The position numbers and the translations under genes are program-made. A stretch of 63,934 nucleotides of DNA, counting the filler, from Folioceros fuciformis (Eukaryota): NCBI GenBank assembly GCA_049999805.1. It is 15 parts of 15 records of this genome, joined end to end, with 100 filler letters (N's around TTAATTAATTAA, not from the genome) between each part and the next. Parts side by side here need not be neighbours in the genome. Positions count along the whole stretch, not along the records: positions 46,080 to 53,191 come from JBNGIO010005555.1; positions 53,292 to 57,417 come from JBNGIO010005556.1; positions 57,518 to 58,944 come from JBNGIO010005557.1; positions 59,045 to 62,823 come from JBNGIO010005559.1; 11 more parts are not named here. One strand, written 5' to 3'. Below, in pieces: positions 47,930 to 60,936 of the stretch (positions are counted from its first letter, which is position 1; the number at the start of each line of letters is the position of its first letter). Under the pieces are notes generated by a model. The model saw only the letters and a program-made list of their open reading frames with translations, had not been told where the DNA came from and ran no database searches.

Positions 47930-50900
47930 GATGGCTGAACAAAATCTGCAGGTTCGATTCAATAAAGATGGATGCTTTATTGAAGAATATGATAGAGGAT
48001 GCAAATTGATTGCTAAAGGTTACTAGTAGGAATGGACGGATGTTCACTCTGGATGCATCCATTCCAGAGCTAAATGCAACAATGTTTACAAATGATGCAG
48101 GTGCCATACGTGATGTTGAAATATGGCATACGAGGGTTGGGCATGTGAATATAGAGAAGCTGAAATCTATGCAACAGAAAAGTGTGGTGGAAGGATTGCC
48201 CAAGTTCACAAGTATGCTGATCTTGGTCATGTGTGTTCTGCATGTCAATTTTGAGAACAATCAAGGTTTCCATTTGTGCGACATGTGCAGAACAGCTCGA
48301 GACGTTTGCAATTGATACACTCTGATGTATGGGGTCCTTCACAGAATGCATCGTTTGGAGGAGCCCACTTCTATGTCTCCTTCATTGATGATTTCAGCAG
48401 GTACACGTGGCTGTACATACTGAAGCATAACGATGAAGTGTTCGAGTCTTTCAAGGACTTCAAAAAGCATGCTGAAAATGACTTCAGCTGCTCCATCTCT
48501 TGTCTAAGATCAGATGGAGGGGGAGAATATGTCTCAAATGAGTTTGACAGGTATCTTGCAGATCATGGTATACGAAGACAGCTGACTTGCAAATACACAC
48601 CACAACAGAATGGTGTTGCAGAGAGGAAGAACAGGGTAGTCATGGAAACAGCAAGGGCACTGCTGGATGAGAAGTGCTTACCTAATGATTATTGGGCAAA
48701 AGCAGTGATGACAGCAGTGTATGTACTAAATTGAACTCCTACGACAGGAATTCATGATGCTACACCAATTGAGAGACTCTATGGCTATAAGCCGGATATT
48801 AGGCACTTGAAAGTGTTTGGGTGCATTGCATATGTGCATGTACCTGATGAGAAGCATAGGAAGCTGGATCCTAAAGCAGTGAAGTGTGTTTTTCTGGGGT
48901 ATGCACGAAATAGGAAGGCATATAAGTGATATGTGCCATCCACACATGAGATCCTGATAAGCGGGGTTGTGGCATTTGATGAGTTAGCCTCCTGGTATAG
49001 CAACTCAGTTGCACTACCCTATGACGAACCCACAGGGGAGAGTACTGTTAAGAGTACTCCAGCAAAGAGTGAGGATGTGACCAATGGTGGATCACCAATG
49101 GTGAATCCACGGTCTGGAAGACTGCGGAATGGTAAACCCAAGACCATTGACCCGGACATGTTAGTGAAGAGGAGAGTAGAAAGCAGCAAAACTGGAAATG
49201 AGGGATATGAATGCTCAAGTAGTGAGAGCATTAACAATGAGTTTGGCATTCCTTCTGTGGAAACGCCAGGTGCTAAGGAGCAACGATATGCAAGGTAGGT
49301 TCAAACTGAACCAAGACCAAGGAGATCTGAGAGGGTTAGGAAACCCATTGATAGGTACACCTATATAAGCTACAATGCGCAACATTATGCGTATATGACA
49401 AGGGTCACAGCTTGTAAGGAGCCAACCAAGTTTGCTGAGGCAGTGATAGATGATAAGTGGTGTCAAGCCATGGATGAAGAATACTCGGCATTAGTTAAGA
49501 ACGGAACGTGGGATTTGGTTCAATTCCCTGATGGCAAGGTTCTTATTGGTTCTAAGTGGGTGTACAAGCTGAAGTTCAAGTCAAATGGAACGCTGGAGTG
49601 TTATAAGGCCAGGTTGGTTGCAAAGGGATATGCACAACAGTATGGTCTTGATTATGAGGAAACCTTTAGTCCAATAGCCAAGATGACAACTGTAAGGACA
49701 GTCATAGCATTAGCAGCAGCTAAAGGATGGAAGTTATGGCAAATGGATGTCAAGAATGCTTTCTTGAATGGTGAGTTGCAGGAGGAAGTGTACGTGGAAC
49801 AGCCTGAAGGATATGTTCTTCCTAAGTTTCCAACGTACGTATGCAAATTGAAGAAGGCATTGTATGGACTCAAACAGACACCTAGAGCATGGAATGCTCG
49901 TATCACAAGCTATTTGAAGGAGCAAGGGTTTGTGATTGGAGACGCATATCACATTCTGTTTGTAAAACAGACCAAGGTAGGACAAGTGTGTCTTGTCGTT
50001 TATGTTGACGACTTGATCATCATAAGAGATGATGTAGATGGTATTGCAGATGTCAAGGCGAATCTGCAAAAAGAGTTCAAGGTGAAGGATCTTGGTGAAC
50101 TCAGATACTTCTTAGGAATTGAGGTTGTGTCTACACCTCAAGGAATCTATTCCAAAAACAATTGAGGTTGTGTCTATTCCAAAAACAATATGCTAAGGAT
50201 ATGCTGCAGAAGTATGGCATGGCAAATTGCAAAGCGATGGATACACCATTGGAGCATAACGTCAAGCTGCAAATGGATGTAGGAACTGAGCTGGAAAATG
50301 TGACCATGTATCGAAAGATGGTCGGAAGTTTGATCTACTTGACTATCACACGTCTTGACTTAAGTTATGCAGTAAGACTAATTAGTCAATTCATGCAGAA
50401 CCCAAGGAAATCACACTTGGATGTAGTTAGAAGAATCATGAGATATGTGAAAGGAAATACTGAGTTTGGATTGCTGTATGAGCTTAGGAAGCATCTTAAA
50501 CTGACAGGATATACAGATGCTGATTGGGCTGGTTGTGCGTATGACAGAATATCAACCAGTGGATATGCATTCAGTCTGGGAACTAGTATCATCAGCTGGC
50601 AAAGCAAGAAACAACCGACAGTTGCTTTGTAAGTACAGAAGCAGAGTATCGAGGAGCTGCAATGGCAGCTTGTGAAGTAGCTTGGTTGCAAAAGTTGCTA
50701 CATGATCTTGGAAATATAGTGAACAGCAAGGTCATAATCTATTGTGACAACATGAGTAGCGTGAGGTTGGCTACTAATCCTGTGTTTCATGCTCGTTCGA
50801 AGCACATAGAAGTACATTATCATTTCAGCAGGGAAGTGGTATTATCTGAGAAGATAGATCTTCAGCATGTGAAGACCGAAGACCAGGTAGCAGATATCTT

Positions 50901-50970
50901 TACTAAGTCGCTAGGTAGAGATAAGTTCTTACACTTTCGTGAACTACTTGGAGTGTTACAAATAATCTGA
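47930..50970 (+). mobile_element. Degenerate Ty1/Copia pol (pre-integrase, integrase, RT, RNase H)
   Basis: IWHTRVGH; HSDVWGP, LRSDGGGEY, PQQNGVAERKNR; KARLVAKGY, DVKNAFLNG, YVDD; YTDADWAG, HARSKHIEVHYHF, ADIFTKSL. Several stops and frameshifts. Confidence 0.95.
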
Positions 50971-50974
50971 GCTT

Positions 50975-51180
50975 GAGGGGGAGTGTTAGAAATCAAGCTC
51001 TAACTGAATAGAGCATACAACACTTAGGATAGTGTATATTATCCCATATTGAACTCATAGTTATCTACCACCTAAGTGTTATCAGGATATACCAGGATAT
51101 TGCACCCTTGAGACTAAGGCTTACCTTATCGAGGGTTGCCCCGCCTGAAGGCTATATATGTAGCATCCTGTGCACCATAA
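50975..51180 (+). mobile_element. Polypurine tract and start of the Copia 3' LTR (TGTT at 50984)
   Basis: gagggggag immediately before tgttagaa, just after the RNase H stop; TATA-like tatatat at ~51154; LTR end not identified. Confidence 0.75.
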
Positions 51181-51238
51181 GGAATGTACTGTGGAGTCCA
51201 TCTAAGCTAGTGGTGCTATTTCAACAGGGGAGGCAGAG

Positions 51239-51846
51239 GTGGAAAAATGTGTGTGTTTCTCTAGTAGGCAGAGGAGGATGGTGGTGGATGATGTGAAGTC
51301 TACAAGGGCTGCATTACACTGGGCCATGTTCAATGTGGTCCGCAGGGGAGACATTATCACCTTGCTGCATGTGCACCCCTCTATCCCTGGCCGTCCTTCT
51401 TCCTCCGTTCACAGTGCAACATGCCTGCTTAAGGGCGGGGCCAAGGTTGTGGACAGGATTCGCAGGCTCCTCTGGCTCAATGGTTATCAGCTTGCTCTAT
51501 CCCTCAAGGAGTTGTGTGACCGTCAAAATCCTGAGGCAAGCGGGGAGATCATAGTTGTTGAAGGTGATCAAGGCCCTACCATAGTGTCGAATACCAAGAG
51601 CTGGAAGCCTCTGCAATAATCCTGGGACAGCGCAGACGAGGACTGTTATGGAGGATCATGGGGAAAGAAGACACCCCCAAGTACTGTATGAAGCACTCTG
51701 ATTGTCTGGTGCTAATTGTGAAACAGGATCGCAAACAGCGCCGGCTCTTCACGCAATGCAAGATGGCGTCACAGCAACTCACAGGACAATGGCGCTGGGG
51801 ACGGAACGGAGTTGTGGAAACACATTTCAACCTCACTGCTAATTAG
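51239..51846 (+). pseudogene. Universal stress protein A-like (USP) intronless pseudogene, frameshift at ~51597
   Basis: MVVDDVKSTRAALHWAMFNVVRRGDIITLLHV...IVVEGDQGPTIV [fs] LEASAIILGQR...YCMKHSDCLVLIVK, a typical plant USP pattern. Confidence 0.82.
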
Positions 51847-52227
51847 TGAGAAAACTACAAAACCTGGCCGATGGGGGAAGTCCAGGCCAGGGGGGAATCC
51901 CGGCAGGTGGCTGGCCTAGCAGCAACTGGCTGGATCGTGACCAGGCCTACCAAGCAGGGAGCAAGGTGTGGCCCTCGTGAGACGGCTGGGGGCTGGATTC
52001 AGGAGCCAGGCAGCGGCGTGGCTGCAGGATCCTAAGCAAGAAAGGCAGCGGGATTTGGGCTGTGATCTCGGGCGAATCCGGCTGACTACAGATGCAAGGG
52101 AAGGTGCCCGGGCCCTGGCTAATGGTTAGCTGTTTGGATACGGGCTGCAGGGCACTAGATGAGTAGGTTTGCCAGGTCATGGGCCTTGGCCAGCAGAATG
52201 GAGGAAAGGATCTGAAGACAGTGGGGT

Positions 52228-53191
52228 CTCTGAGACATTGGGTTCCGTTCCCACGAAGGAGCGATGGGGTTCCTTGCTGCTATGGATGGAGGGTCGGACT
52301 CAATCGACTCGATGATGGATTCGAGGGCTCCCCTCCAGCTCTGATCAGGCGTAGGACATGCCTCGCTGTCCAGCGGTCAGCTGCTCCTCTCTTGGTGCCC
52401 ACAAACTCACTCCAATCACTACAACGACCCTAACCTCTCAGATTTGCGACTTCCCTCACTCACTTCACTCACTCTCTCACTCTAGCACCAACACCAGCAA
52501 CTAACAATGACACCACTACCTTCTACACTTCCCTACTGACTCCTCCTACCCGGCAAGAGTCACTAGACTAACCCCAAAGAAAAGAAAGAAGGGAACACAC
52601 TCCCCTCTTGGATATCTCCCCCCTACAACCTTACCAGACGCCATGAAACATGGCCGGCCTACAACACTTGTCCAAGCAAGGAACAAGAGTGGACAGGTCG
52701 AGAGAAAGACACATCCTTTACAATCAAGAGCTAGGGGCAAGCCCCTATACCCTGGTCATTACACCTTGTGATCCTACCAGACACTGTACAGCCGGCAACA
52801 CACGGCTTGCGATCCTACCAGACGTTGCACAGCCGGCAACACACTACAGGTCCTAAAGCAAGCAGGGACAGACCACAAGAGCTCATGAAGAGAGGACCTC
52901 CAAGAGCTCACGAAGAGATAGACTGACTCCGAAAGTGAATGACTCCCTCCTCCTACAGGCTCACCTGATCTTATAGGAGCCTCTCTCTCTCTCTGACTTC
53001 ACCTCTCTCTAACTTGAGAAATATTATTTTAATAGCCTAGCCGGCTGTCACCAGCCACTTATTTAGACCTCTAGCACAACCTGCCACCAATGAGCTCCTG
53101 GCCCTACCACCACAAGGATCTACCACCTCTTAGACTATCCAGAGACTTTGGAGGATGTCTGATCTTCAAAGGTTTGCGGACGCCGCCTCTT
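52228..53191. mobile_element. LTR family C copy
   Basis: Contains the family C core tgagacattgggttccgttcccacgaaggagcgatggggttccttgctgc...gagggctccc. Confidence 0.72.
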
Positions 53192-53802
53192 NNNNNNNNN
53201 NNNNNNNNNNNNNNNNNNNNNNNNNNNNNNNNNNNTTAATTAATTAANNNNNNNNNNNNNNNNNNNNNNNNNNNNNNNNNNNNNNNNNNNNCGGTCTACC
53301 GGCGCCTTCGGCCCTGCACGAGGCCCAGAGCGCCGGTCTACCGGCTCACTCAGCCCCCAAGCATGGTGCTTTAGGGTTGATTTGTAGCCAGACTAATTTT
53401 TGTTACTCTTGTTGCAGAAACCCTAAGAAATCGCCGACTTGGAGTCCCTGCCGAAGCCTTTTCAGGATTTTGTCTATTCGGCAAAAATTGGAAAAGGATG
53501 GAGGAAGAAAAAAAAAAATTAGCTGCAGTAGATATCAATGCAGGGCTCTTAGATTTTCAAGTTCTAGCAAGTAACTCGAAGGTGAAGTACTAGGTGATTC
53601 AATGGAATGTGCTTGAAATGAAGGCATTCCTTGTCAAGCGACCCTACACCCTGCTATTTGCAGATTTGCCTCGGGGCTTACAACGACACGAGTTTGACAA
53701 GCAGTTGAAGGTGGCATGCTACGAGGGTTCAATGAATGCACCTCGAGCAATATTTTCAGGGTTATTCTTATGTATGGAGTGGACATGATTTCGGAAGTCA
53801 GG

Positions 53803-54275
53803 GATGGTCTTCAGTATGTTGGGGAAGAAAGGAGAGGTTATACATTAGATTGATGATAGGACCGCGGAAGACCTATATGCCATCACTGTCTGGGACGAGA
53901 ATTGCACTCTGCCGCCTCAAACTACATGATGGTCTTCAGTATGTTGGGGAAGAAAGGAGAGGTTATACATTAGATTGATGATAGGACCGCGGAAGACCTA
54001 TATGCCATCACCGTCTCAAACTACATGATGGTCTTTAGTATGTTGGGGAAGAAAGGAGAGGTTATACATTAGATTGATGATAGGACCGCGGAAGACCTAT
54101 ATGCCATCACCGTCTGGGACGAGAATTGCACTCTGCCGCCTCAAACTACATGATGGTCTTCAGTATGTTGGGGAAGAAAGGAGAGGTTATACATTAGATT
54201 GATGATAGGACCGCGGAAGACCTATATGCCATCACTGTATGGGACGAGAATTGCACTCTGCCGCCTCAAACTACA
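53803..54275. repeat. 125-bp tandem repeat, 4 copies (second copy with a 26-bp deletion)
   Basis: Units start at 53803, 53928, 54027 and 54152 (gatggtcttcagtatgttggggaagaaagg...). Confidence 0.92.
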
Positions 54276-54769
54276 GAGGATCCAAACTTCTCGGTGCTTC
54301 GGGTGGGTGCCGATGATTTTGTAGAAATTGATGCGCATCGTTTGCATGATTTGGATGTGGCTGTAGACTCTGAAGCGAACCAGGATGGCCCTATTTTTGT
54401 TTAGGGTCGAGACTTAACTTAATTTGAAATTGGTTGTCGTGAAATTTTAAGTACCTTTTAATGTAGTGCGCCGATTGACCGGCGCACCACACGTTTTTTA
54501 TTGCAGAAAATCAAAGTTAATAGAGACGACGCAAAAAGTTTTCTTCAGAAGTGTTTGTTTGGTTGACGTTTATTAGAACAAAAAATTTAGATGACATGTC
54601 GAAGGAATCATTGTTTGTTAAAGGAGATGATATGTAGATAATAAGCGCGGATCGCGACAAATTTGAAATGTGCAAAACGGGCTTCATGGAATCCGCTCGT
54701 CGGGGTTAGACCATGTTGAGGTTCCTAACAACCAAGAGGTTCTGAAAATGTCGGAGAAAGGTGGAAATG

Positions 54770-55889
54770 CCTTTCTATGGCATAGACGATTTGGGCATAT
54801 ACCAACTTGAAGTTTCTCCTAGAGATGGAGCGGAAGGAGCTCGTGATAGGAATGGAGCTCCAAAAGGCAGAACTTGGTCTGTGTGACACTTGCATGAAAG
54901 GCAAGCATCCCCGAAGGTCTTATGTTCCAATCATGAAGAGAGGAAAAGAAGTCTTGGAACTTGTCCACTCTGATCTTTGCGGACCAATGCAAGTGGAAGC
55001 AAGGATGATACAGGTGAGATACTACATTTTGTTTATTGACGACTACAGTAGGAGAACAGCGGTGTACTTCCTGCAGAAGAAGAGTGACGCTCTCCAAGCA
55101 TTTCAAATGTTCAGGGCGATTGCGGAGAAACAAACCGGAAAGAAGTTGAAGAAACTTCGAACTGATGGGGAAGGAGAGTATTTGAGTAAACTCTTCAAGG
55201 ATGAATGCATAGTGGCCAGAATTGAGAGGCAATTGACGACAAGGTACACACCGCAATCGGTAGGGATCGCCGAGTGGAAGAATTGTACCATTTGCAATGG
55301 CACTAGGAGTAAGCTAGCAGAAAGCAGGATGCCAAAATATTTTTGGGTAGATGTACTGGCAGCGGCGGTACACGTACAGAATATGTCAAGTACCATGGCA
55401 CTAGGTGGCTCTATAACACCCCATGAAGCTTGGTTTGGTGAGAAACCAAATGTCTCACACTTGAGAGTGTTTGGTTGTGTAGCATATGTGCATGTTCCTA
55501 AGCAACTGCGGAAGAAGTTGGACAACAGAAGCATCAAGTGCAGCTTCATTGGTAATGCGAATGAGCGAAAGGCTGACAGATTGTGGGATCCCATCAGCAA
55601 GCAGATGCATGAAAGTTCTGATGTTGTGTTCGCTAAGAACAACATTGGAAGTCATGTGGAGAGCACAACTATTTACATGAACTTCAGCTCTGAGTTTATC
55701 TAGGACACCTTCCTTGTTCCAAATCCACCAACGACAACAGAAGAGGATCACCACACACCGAAGGGTGATGGTGTGGACATCCCAGTAGGTGAGTTGTACC
55801 ACCTATTGTTCCCACAGGAATTCTCGGAGGAGGAGACCTAGAAGGAGCACTACAGCAGCAGCAAGTTAAGGAGTTAGTTCCAACATTAG

Positions 55890-55935
<46 letters not shown>

Positions 55936-56480
55936 AAGGGTCTGACTGCCTTCGTGGAAGGTCCTCGAGAATGCCCAGCCCAACATGGTGAGCGGACCAG
56001 AATGGTGTTTTCTTCTCGAAGATGATATCTCGCTCAAAATTGAGGAAGCACGAAATGGACCTGAAGATGAGATTCTGGAATGAAGCTATTCGTACTGAGT
56101 ATAATTCGATGCTTGAAAACAACATTTGGACGTTGATTGATTTGCCACCTGAGAGAAAAGCCGTCGACTGCAAGTGGACTTTCAAGTACAATGCTGACGG
56201 ATCTCTAGAAAGGTACAAGGCGAGACTAGTGGCTCGTGGTTTCACTCAAGTGAAAGGGCTGAACTGCAAGGAGACCTTCTCCTTGGTAGTTCGCATGACC
56301 AGCTTGCGAACCTAATTTGCTGTGGTGGCAAAGCAGGATTGGGACATACATCATTTGGACATTACGACTGCATTCCTTTACGGTGAGTTAGTCGAAGAAA
56401 TCTATATGCGGCAACCTCCAGGTTTTGAGGTTCCCGACATGGAGAATAAGGTATGCAAACTTCTTCGGTCCAAGGCAATT
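54770..56480 (+). mobile_element. Degenerate Copia pol (pre-integrase, integrase, partial RT) with a 45-nt poly(A) at 55890-55934
   Basis: LWHRRFGH; HSDLCGP; LRTDGEGEY; HLRVFGCVAY; RYKARLVARGF; DITTAFLYG. Confidence 0.9.
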
Positions 56481-56586
56481 TCCAAGGTTTTGATCTGTTA
56501 TGTAAAGGTGGTTGGTAACCTTTTTCTCATCCAAGGGAAAAGGTCACCCTCATTGGCTTGGTCTTCCTCTTGTGTGTATTGTGTAT

Positions 56587-56700
56587 TGTAGCACATTTTT
56601 GGCAAAGGGTTTCCATTGTAGGGTGTAGCGCATTTCGGCAAAGGGTTTCCATTGTAGGGTGTAGCGCATTTCGGCAAAGGGTTTCCATTGCCCTACAATG
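56587..56700. repeat. 36-bp tandem repeat (~3 copies) ending in a short inverted segment
   Basis: tgtagcgcatttcggcaaagggtttccattgtaggg repeated, followed by ccctacaatg (reverse complement of cattgtaggg). Confidence 0.8.
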
Positions 56701-57210
56701 TGCATTTAATGTCAAATACAGGATGACAATGTTAGTAAGAGAATCAAAGTCACTAACTCTAGTAATAGATAGACTAAGTAGACCCTTTCTTCTCCCAGAC
56801 CATTATGATTTTAAATGCTATTGATAGTGAGAGATACGAGAGTATTCCCTATTGCTAGGTCCATGATCAATTCACTCATTCAATAACTTTTTTTAAACAA
56901 TTCTTTGCTTCTCAAGCCTAGCACGTGATGTTGTTGTTCAATCTTGTGCACATCATTTGTAACTATCTTACACTCATAATTTTCATGAAGTATTTTCATG
57001 AAGTCACTACTCTTTTTCTATACTCCTTCCCTTGCACCCCACTTCCACATCATTTGTACATCATGGCATGAAAGTCGTTTGGAAGATGATTCTTAAATTT
57101 GGCGGACATGGGAGCAACTTGCAAGAGGCTGCTCTCAGACGTCAAGCTTAATTACAAGCACACGAGCTCGGCCTTCGCGCTCGATGACTGAGCTGATCGG
57201 AAACAGATGA

Positions 57211-57417
57211 TCAGGATGCGGGAGCAGGAGCAACAGAAGCAGCTGCGGAGTTGACAACGTGGCAGTTGGTCCTGATTTCACCTTGTGCCCCGGTCAGAAC
57301 TCCCACGTTGCTGAGCTTGAAGATGGAGGATTTGAACTGGGCGAAGAAGGCTCTCTGGCTTGAGGCGAACTTGGTGACGAAGGGCTTGGTGCGGGAGTCG
57401 AAGAGGAGGTACTGGTC
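57211..57417 (-). CDS. Class III plant peroxidase C-terminus (5' truncated by the contig end)
   Basis: Manual translation DQYLLFDSRTKPFVTKFASSQRAFFAQFKSSIFKLSNVGVLTGAQGEIRTNCHVVNSAAASVAPAPAS* contains the hallmark VLTG..GEIR.NC..VN; not in the ORF track. Confidence 0.9.
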   Translation of the reverse strand, partial: DQYLLFDSRTKPFVTKFASSQRAFFAQFKSSIFKLSNVGVLTGAQGEIRTNCHVVNSAAASVAPAPAS

Positions 57418-57517
57418 NNNNNNNNNNNNNNNNNNNNNNNNNNNNNNNNNNNNNNNNNNNNTTAATTAATTAANNNNNNNNNNNNNNNNNNNNNNNNNNN
57501 NNNNNNNNNNNNNNNNN

Positions 57518-58944
57518 GGGCACCTCTCCACATCAACCTTACGAAGCCCTAAACCAATAAGTGTTGCCCTCCCTAACATCAAGGGTTGAGCCCCAGAGTC
57601 CAACAAGACTCTCTCTGGTCTATACACGGTGCCTGTAGGTCCAACAATACGGAAGATACCAGTGCGGTTATCTAACAATACCACACCTGGTGTCACCATA
57701 GCACGGTCAATGGCTGGTCTCGCGGGTAAACTCTCCATCCGAGCAACTGCACCCTGCCATGTCTCACAAGTAGCTGCCTGAGCACTCCTCGAAGGCAAGT
57801 CTACTCTAGAATCATCAACTACCCCTGTACTAGAAGTAGGAGTATCTCCACCCTCACATAGGGTAGCAGCCAAACGAAAAACCTCTGATGGCCTAACTCT
57901 CATAGAAGCCAAATCAGTAGCAGAAAACAATGGCTCTCGTACAATAGAGTGAGCCATGTCCAACAAAGTATGAGAGACGACCCTATCAATAGAAGGTCGG
58001 GCAATCTCACCAACGCCTTGTGAGCCTCGTGCTCTAGGCTGAACTCCACCGTCCTGAGTAGCTCTGGTGGGTACCATGGAAGAGGTATGAATCACCTCAG
58101 ATAAAGTGAAAGACTGAGGGAGTCTAGTCTGCCTGCTAGCCTCTCCTCGTTGTGGATCCAAGTCCACAGATGCACCTCGAGGCTCAGATACTCTCGCTGC
58201 ACCTCGGGTCACCACGGCCGCAGCCTCAACCTGTGCTGCTCCACATAAATACTGTAACTCTGGGAACTCATCCCCTGCTCCACGAGAAGTAGAAGCCTCA
58301 CCTCCACTAGGTGCTGACCTCCTCTGTGCTAAGGTCATGGCAGCCAATCTCTGCTCTAACTGCTCAATCCTCGCAGCCACTCCAGCATCTGTACTAGAGT
58401 CCACTGTAGGGCCCACTTGCCCTCGACCACCTCCAGATCCTCGACCTCGACCACCTCGTGCCCTCTGAGCAGGTCCACCACCACCCACTGGTGCTCTCTC
58501 TGTCCTCAACTCAGGATGTAGGTCAAAGCACCGATCACTCGTGTGGTTATACCTGTGACAATGGTCACACTGTCTCTAGGATGACTGGGTCCCATCCTGG
58601 CTCGCCTGTGCTCCATCCTGCCCACTGCCTCTCTGCGGGCAATCTCTCTTGTGGTGCGCACCACCACATGTCCAGCAACTAATCCCTGTGTGCTGACCAG
58701 AGAAGGAAGGGAGAACCTTAGGCTCACTAGGCCTCTTATACCCTCCAGGAGTCTGTGGTTGCCCACCTTTCTCCTTAGGGTTCCGTGACTGAGTCGCTGG
58801 CTGGGAACGAGAAGAGGAAGATCCTCCATGTGAAGGATCTCTACTGAAACCTGATGTCACCACCCTCTCCTCAACCATGTTCAGCTCGATCCGCTCGGCC
58901 AAAGTGAAAACCACCTGTAACGTGGGTGCATCCACCTGGAGTAG
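57518..58944 (-). mobile_element. Ty3/Gypsy-type gag (two zinc knuckles) and aspartic protease fragment, one in-frame TAG at 58576-58578
   Basis: CWTCGGAHHKRDC and CDHCHRYNHTSDRC knuckles, RGG tract, VLLDSGAQP protease motif; both ORFs share a frame. Confidence 0.8.
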
Positions 58945-59044
58945 NNNNNNNNNNNNNNNNNNNNNNNNNNNNNNNNNNNNNNNNNNNNTTAATTAATTAA
59001 NNNNNNNNNNNNNNNNNNNNNNNNNNNNNNNNNNNNNNNNNNNN

Positions 59045-59660
59045 CCCCTTCCTATGTTCAAACCATTATTTTGTTATTTTATACTATTCTATCATTATTT
59101 AAGCATTTAATATTATATATCTTTAATTAATATTAAACTAATCACCAGACCTAGACTCAAACTTTCCCAACCCTATGGCCCGGTACCGGACCTAAACTTT
59201 CCCAGGTCTGGGACCAAACCTATACCCACTCTTATAACCAAACCAACTATTTCCTGGTCAATTAACCTAATTAACACACAGAAAAATAGGAAAAATGACC
59301 AGAAAATCAAGGAAAATTAGGGAAAATAAGTAGAAAAAGAAAACCAAACCATACCACTATTAACCCTTTTTCAACCAAAACAAACTACTACCCCAAACTT
59401 TGGAGGTTCACATGCCCCTCTTCTCAGTTGTTTGCGTCCTCGCAAACAACTAACCCTCTCAGGGCTGATAGTACTTCTTGACTTGCCAACCATTGACCCT
59501 AGTTGGCAACAAATCACCATCCAATACCCTCAACTGGACAGACCCATTCTCAAACACTTCCTCCACCTTGTAAGGACCCATCCACCTCAGCCTCAGTTTA
59601 CCTAGGAAATCCATGTACCTACTGTCATACAGTAGCTCCAGATCGCCCTGTACGATGGTC
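59045..59660 (-). mobile_element. 3' end of a Gypsy element: integrase C-terminus (stop 59459), PPT (59415-59425) and 3' LTR family B (59412 downwards)
   Basis: GKLRLRWMGPYKV...GSVQL...VNGWQVKKYY (GPY/F module); minus strand gagaagagggg-ca-TGTGAACC. Confidence 0.85.
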
Positions 59661-60936
59661 TCCTTCCTGTCGGATCCAGCCGGGACCTCGGCCCGGATCT
59701 GGCCCTCGATTCCACCAGAGCCTTCCACCAGGGTCGCAAGAGCAACTTCCTGCCCCCCCGACTGATCTACCAGCCGTGATCCAGCCAGCACCAGACCTGC
59801 CTACCATCTGACTGCCCGCCAACCTGCTACTGGTCCACCCGCTGGGCTGCCTTGCAATCCGGCCAGCGCCCACCTCTGATCTGCCTAGATGACTGGACCG
59901 CCTAGCTTGCCTCCAGCTTGCCAGGATTCGCCTGCTACCGGCTGCCTGCCTAGAGGCCGCACCCCATCATCCTGATGCCGCTTGCCTGGCCTCGCTTGCT
60001 GGCCAGCACGGCCTGGACCAGCCCGAGGCCCGTCTGGCTGGCTAAAACCACACCCGCCAGGCCTGCCAAGGCCTACCTGCCTTCCCCGGCCAGGATTCCC
60101 CTCAACCAGCCGGCCTGCTCCTGCTGTTGGGGACGGGCTGGGCTGTCTGGCGATCCGGCCAGCATCTGCTTGGATCCGCCTACTGGGCTGCCTGCGCTGC
60201 AGGGGCGCCTGCCTGCCCCCTTGGATCTGGCCAAGCAGCCATCCCGAAGGGCTGCCTGCTGCAGCCCTTAGCCAGCCTCCTGCCGATTCGCCCAGAGGCC
60301 GCCTATCACCTGATCCAGCCAGGGGGCCACTTGAGCCCGCTGGCTAGCCACCTCAGCCACTGCCGCTAGCCGCCTGGCCAGCCTGCTGGCTGGCTAGATC
60401 CGACTAGGAAGCCAGCCGAATCTAGCAAGCCTCCCTTGCCAACCTGCTCGCTCGCCCGATTCCCCTGGCCATCGCCTGCTTGCCCAAGCTGACTGGCCAG
60501 AGGCCGCTAGCTGGCCTCTGGCCTCCAGCCACCCAACCCGGCCACCGATCAGCCAGGCCGCTACCAAGTTGCCTGTTGGTTGCCTGCCTGCAATCACAAC
60601 CAGTCCAGACCCTGCAGCCGCATCTAGCCGGTCAGCCCCACTGGTCGCACAGCCGGGCCGCCGCTGGCCCAGCCACCCTCCAGGTCACCTGCCAGGCCGG
60701 CCTACCCTCCTGGATCTGGCCAGGCAGCTAGCCCAATAGATCCACCTAGAGTTGGGCCAGGCTGGGCTGCGGGCTAGGCTCCTCAGTAGCCAGCCGACCA
60801 GCCAGCCGGCCCTCAGCTTGCTGCTGGCTCCGGCCTGGCTTAGATCCACCCCGGCCAACCCCTACAAGCTGGCCGGCTTGCCTGCTCCAAGGTCGGCCAG
60901 CCGGTTGGATCCCCTATCTCTACCAAGCTGGCCGCT
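59660..60936. repeat. GC-rich dispersed repeat in place of the upstream pol region
   Basis: Homologous start to 37554-37760; same motif composition. Confidence 0.65.

Noticed and set aside
56587-56700. CRISPR-like 36-bp repeats
   Set aside because: Directly abutting copies with no spacers; a simple tandem duplication.
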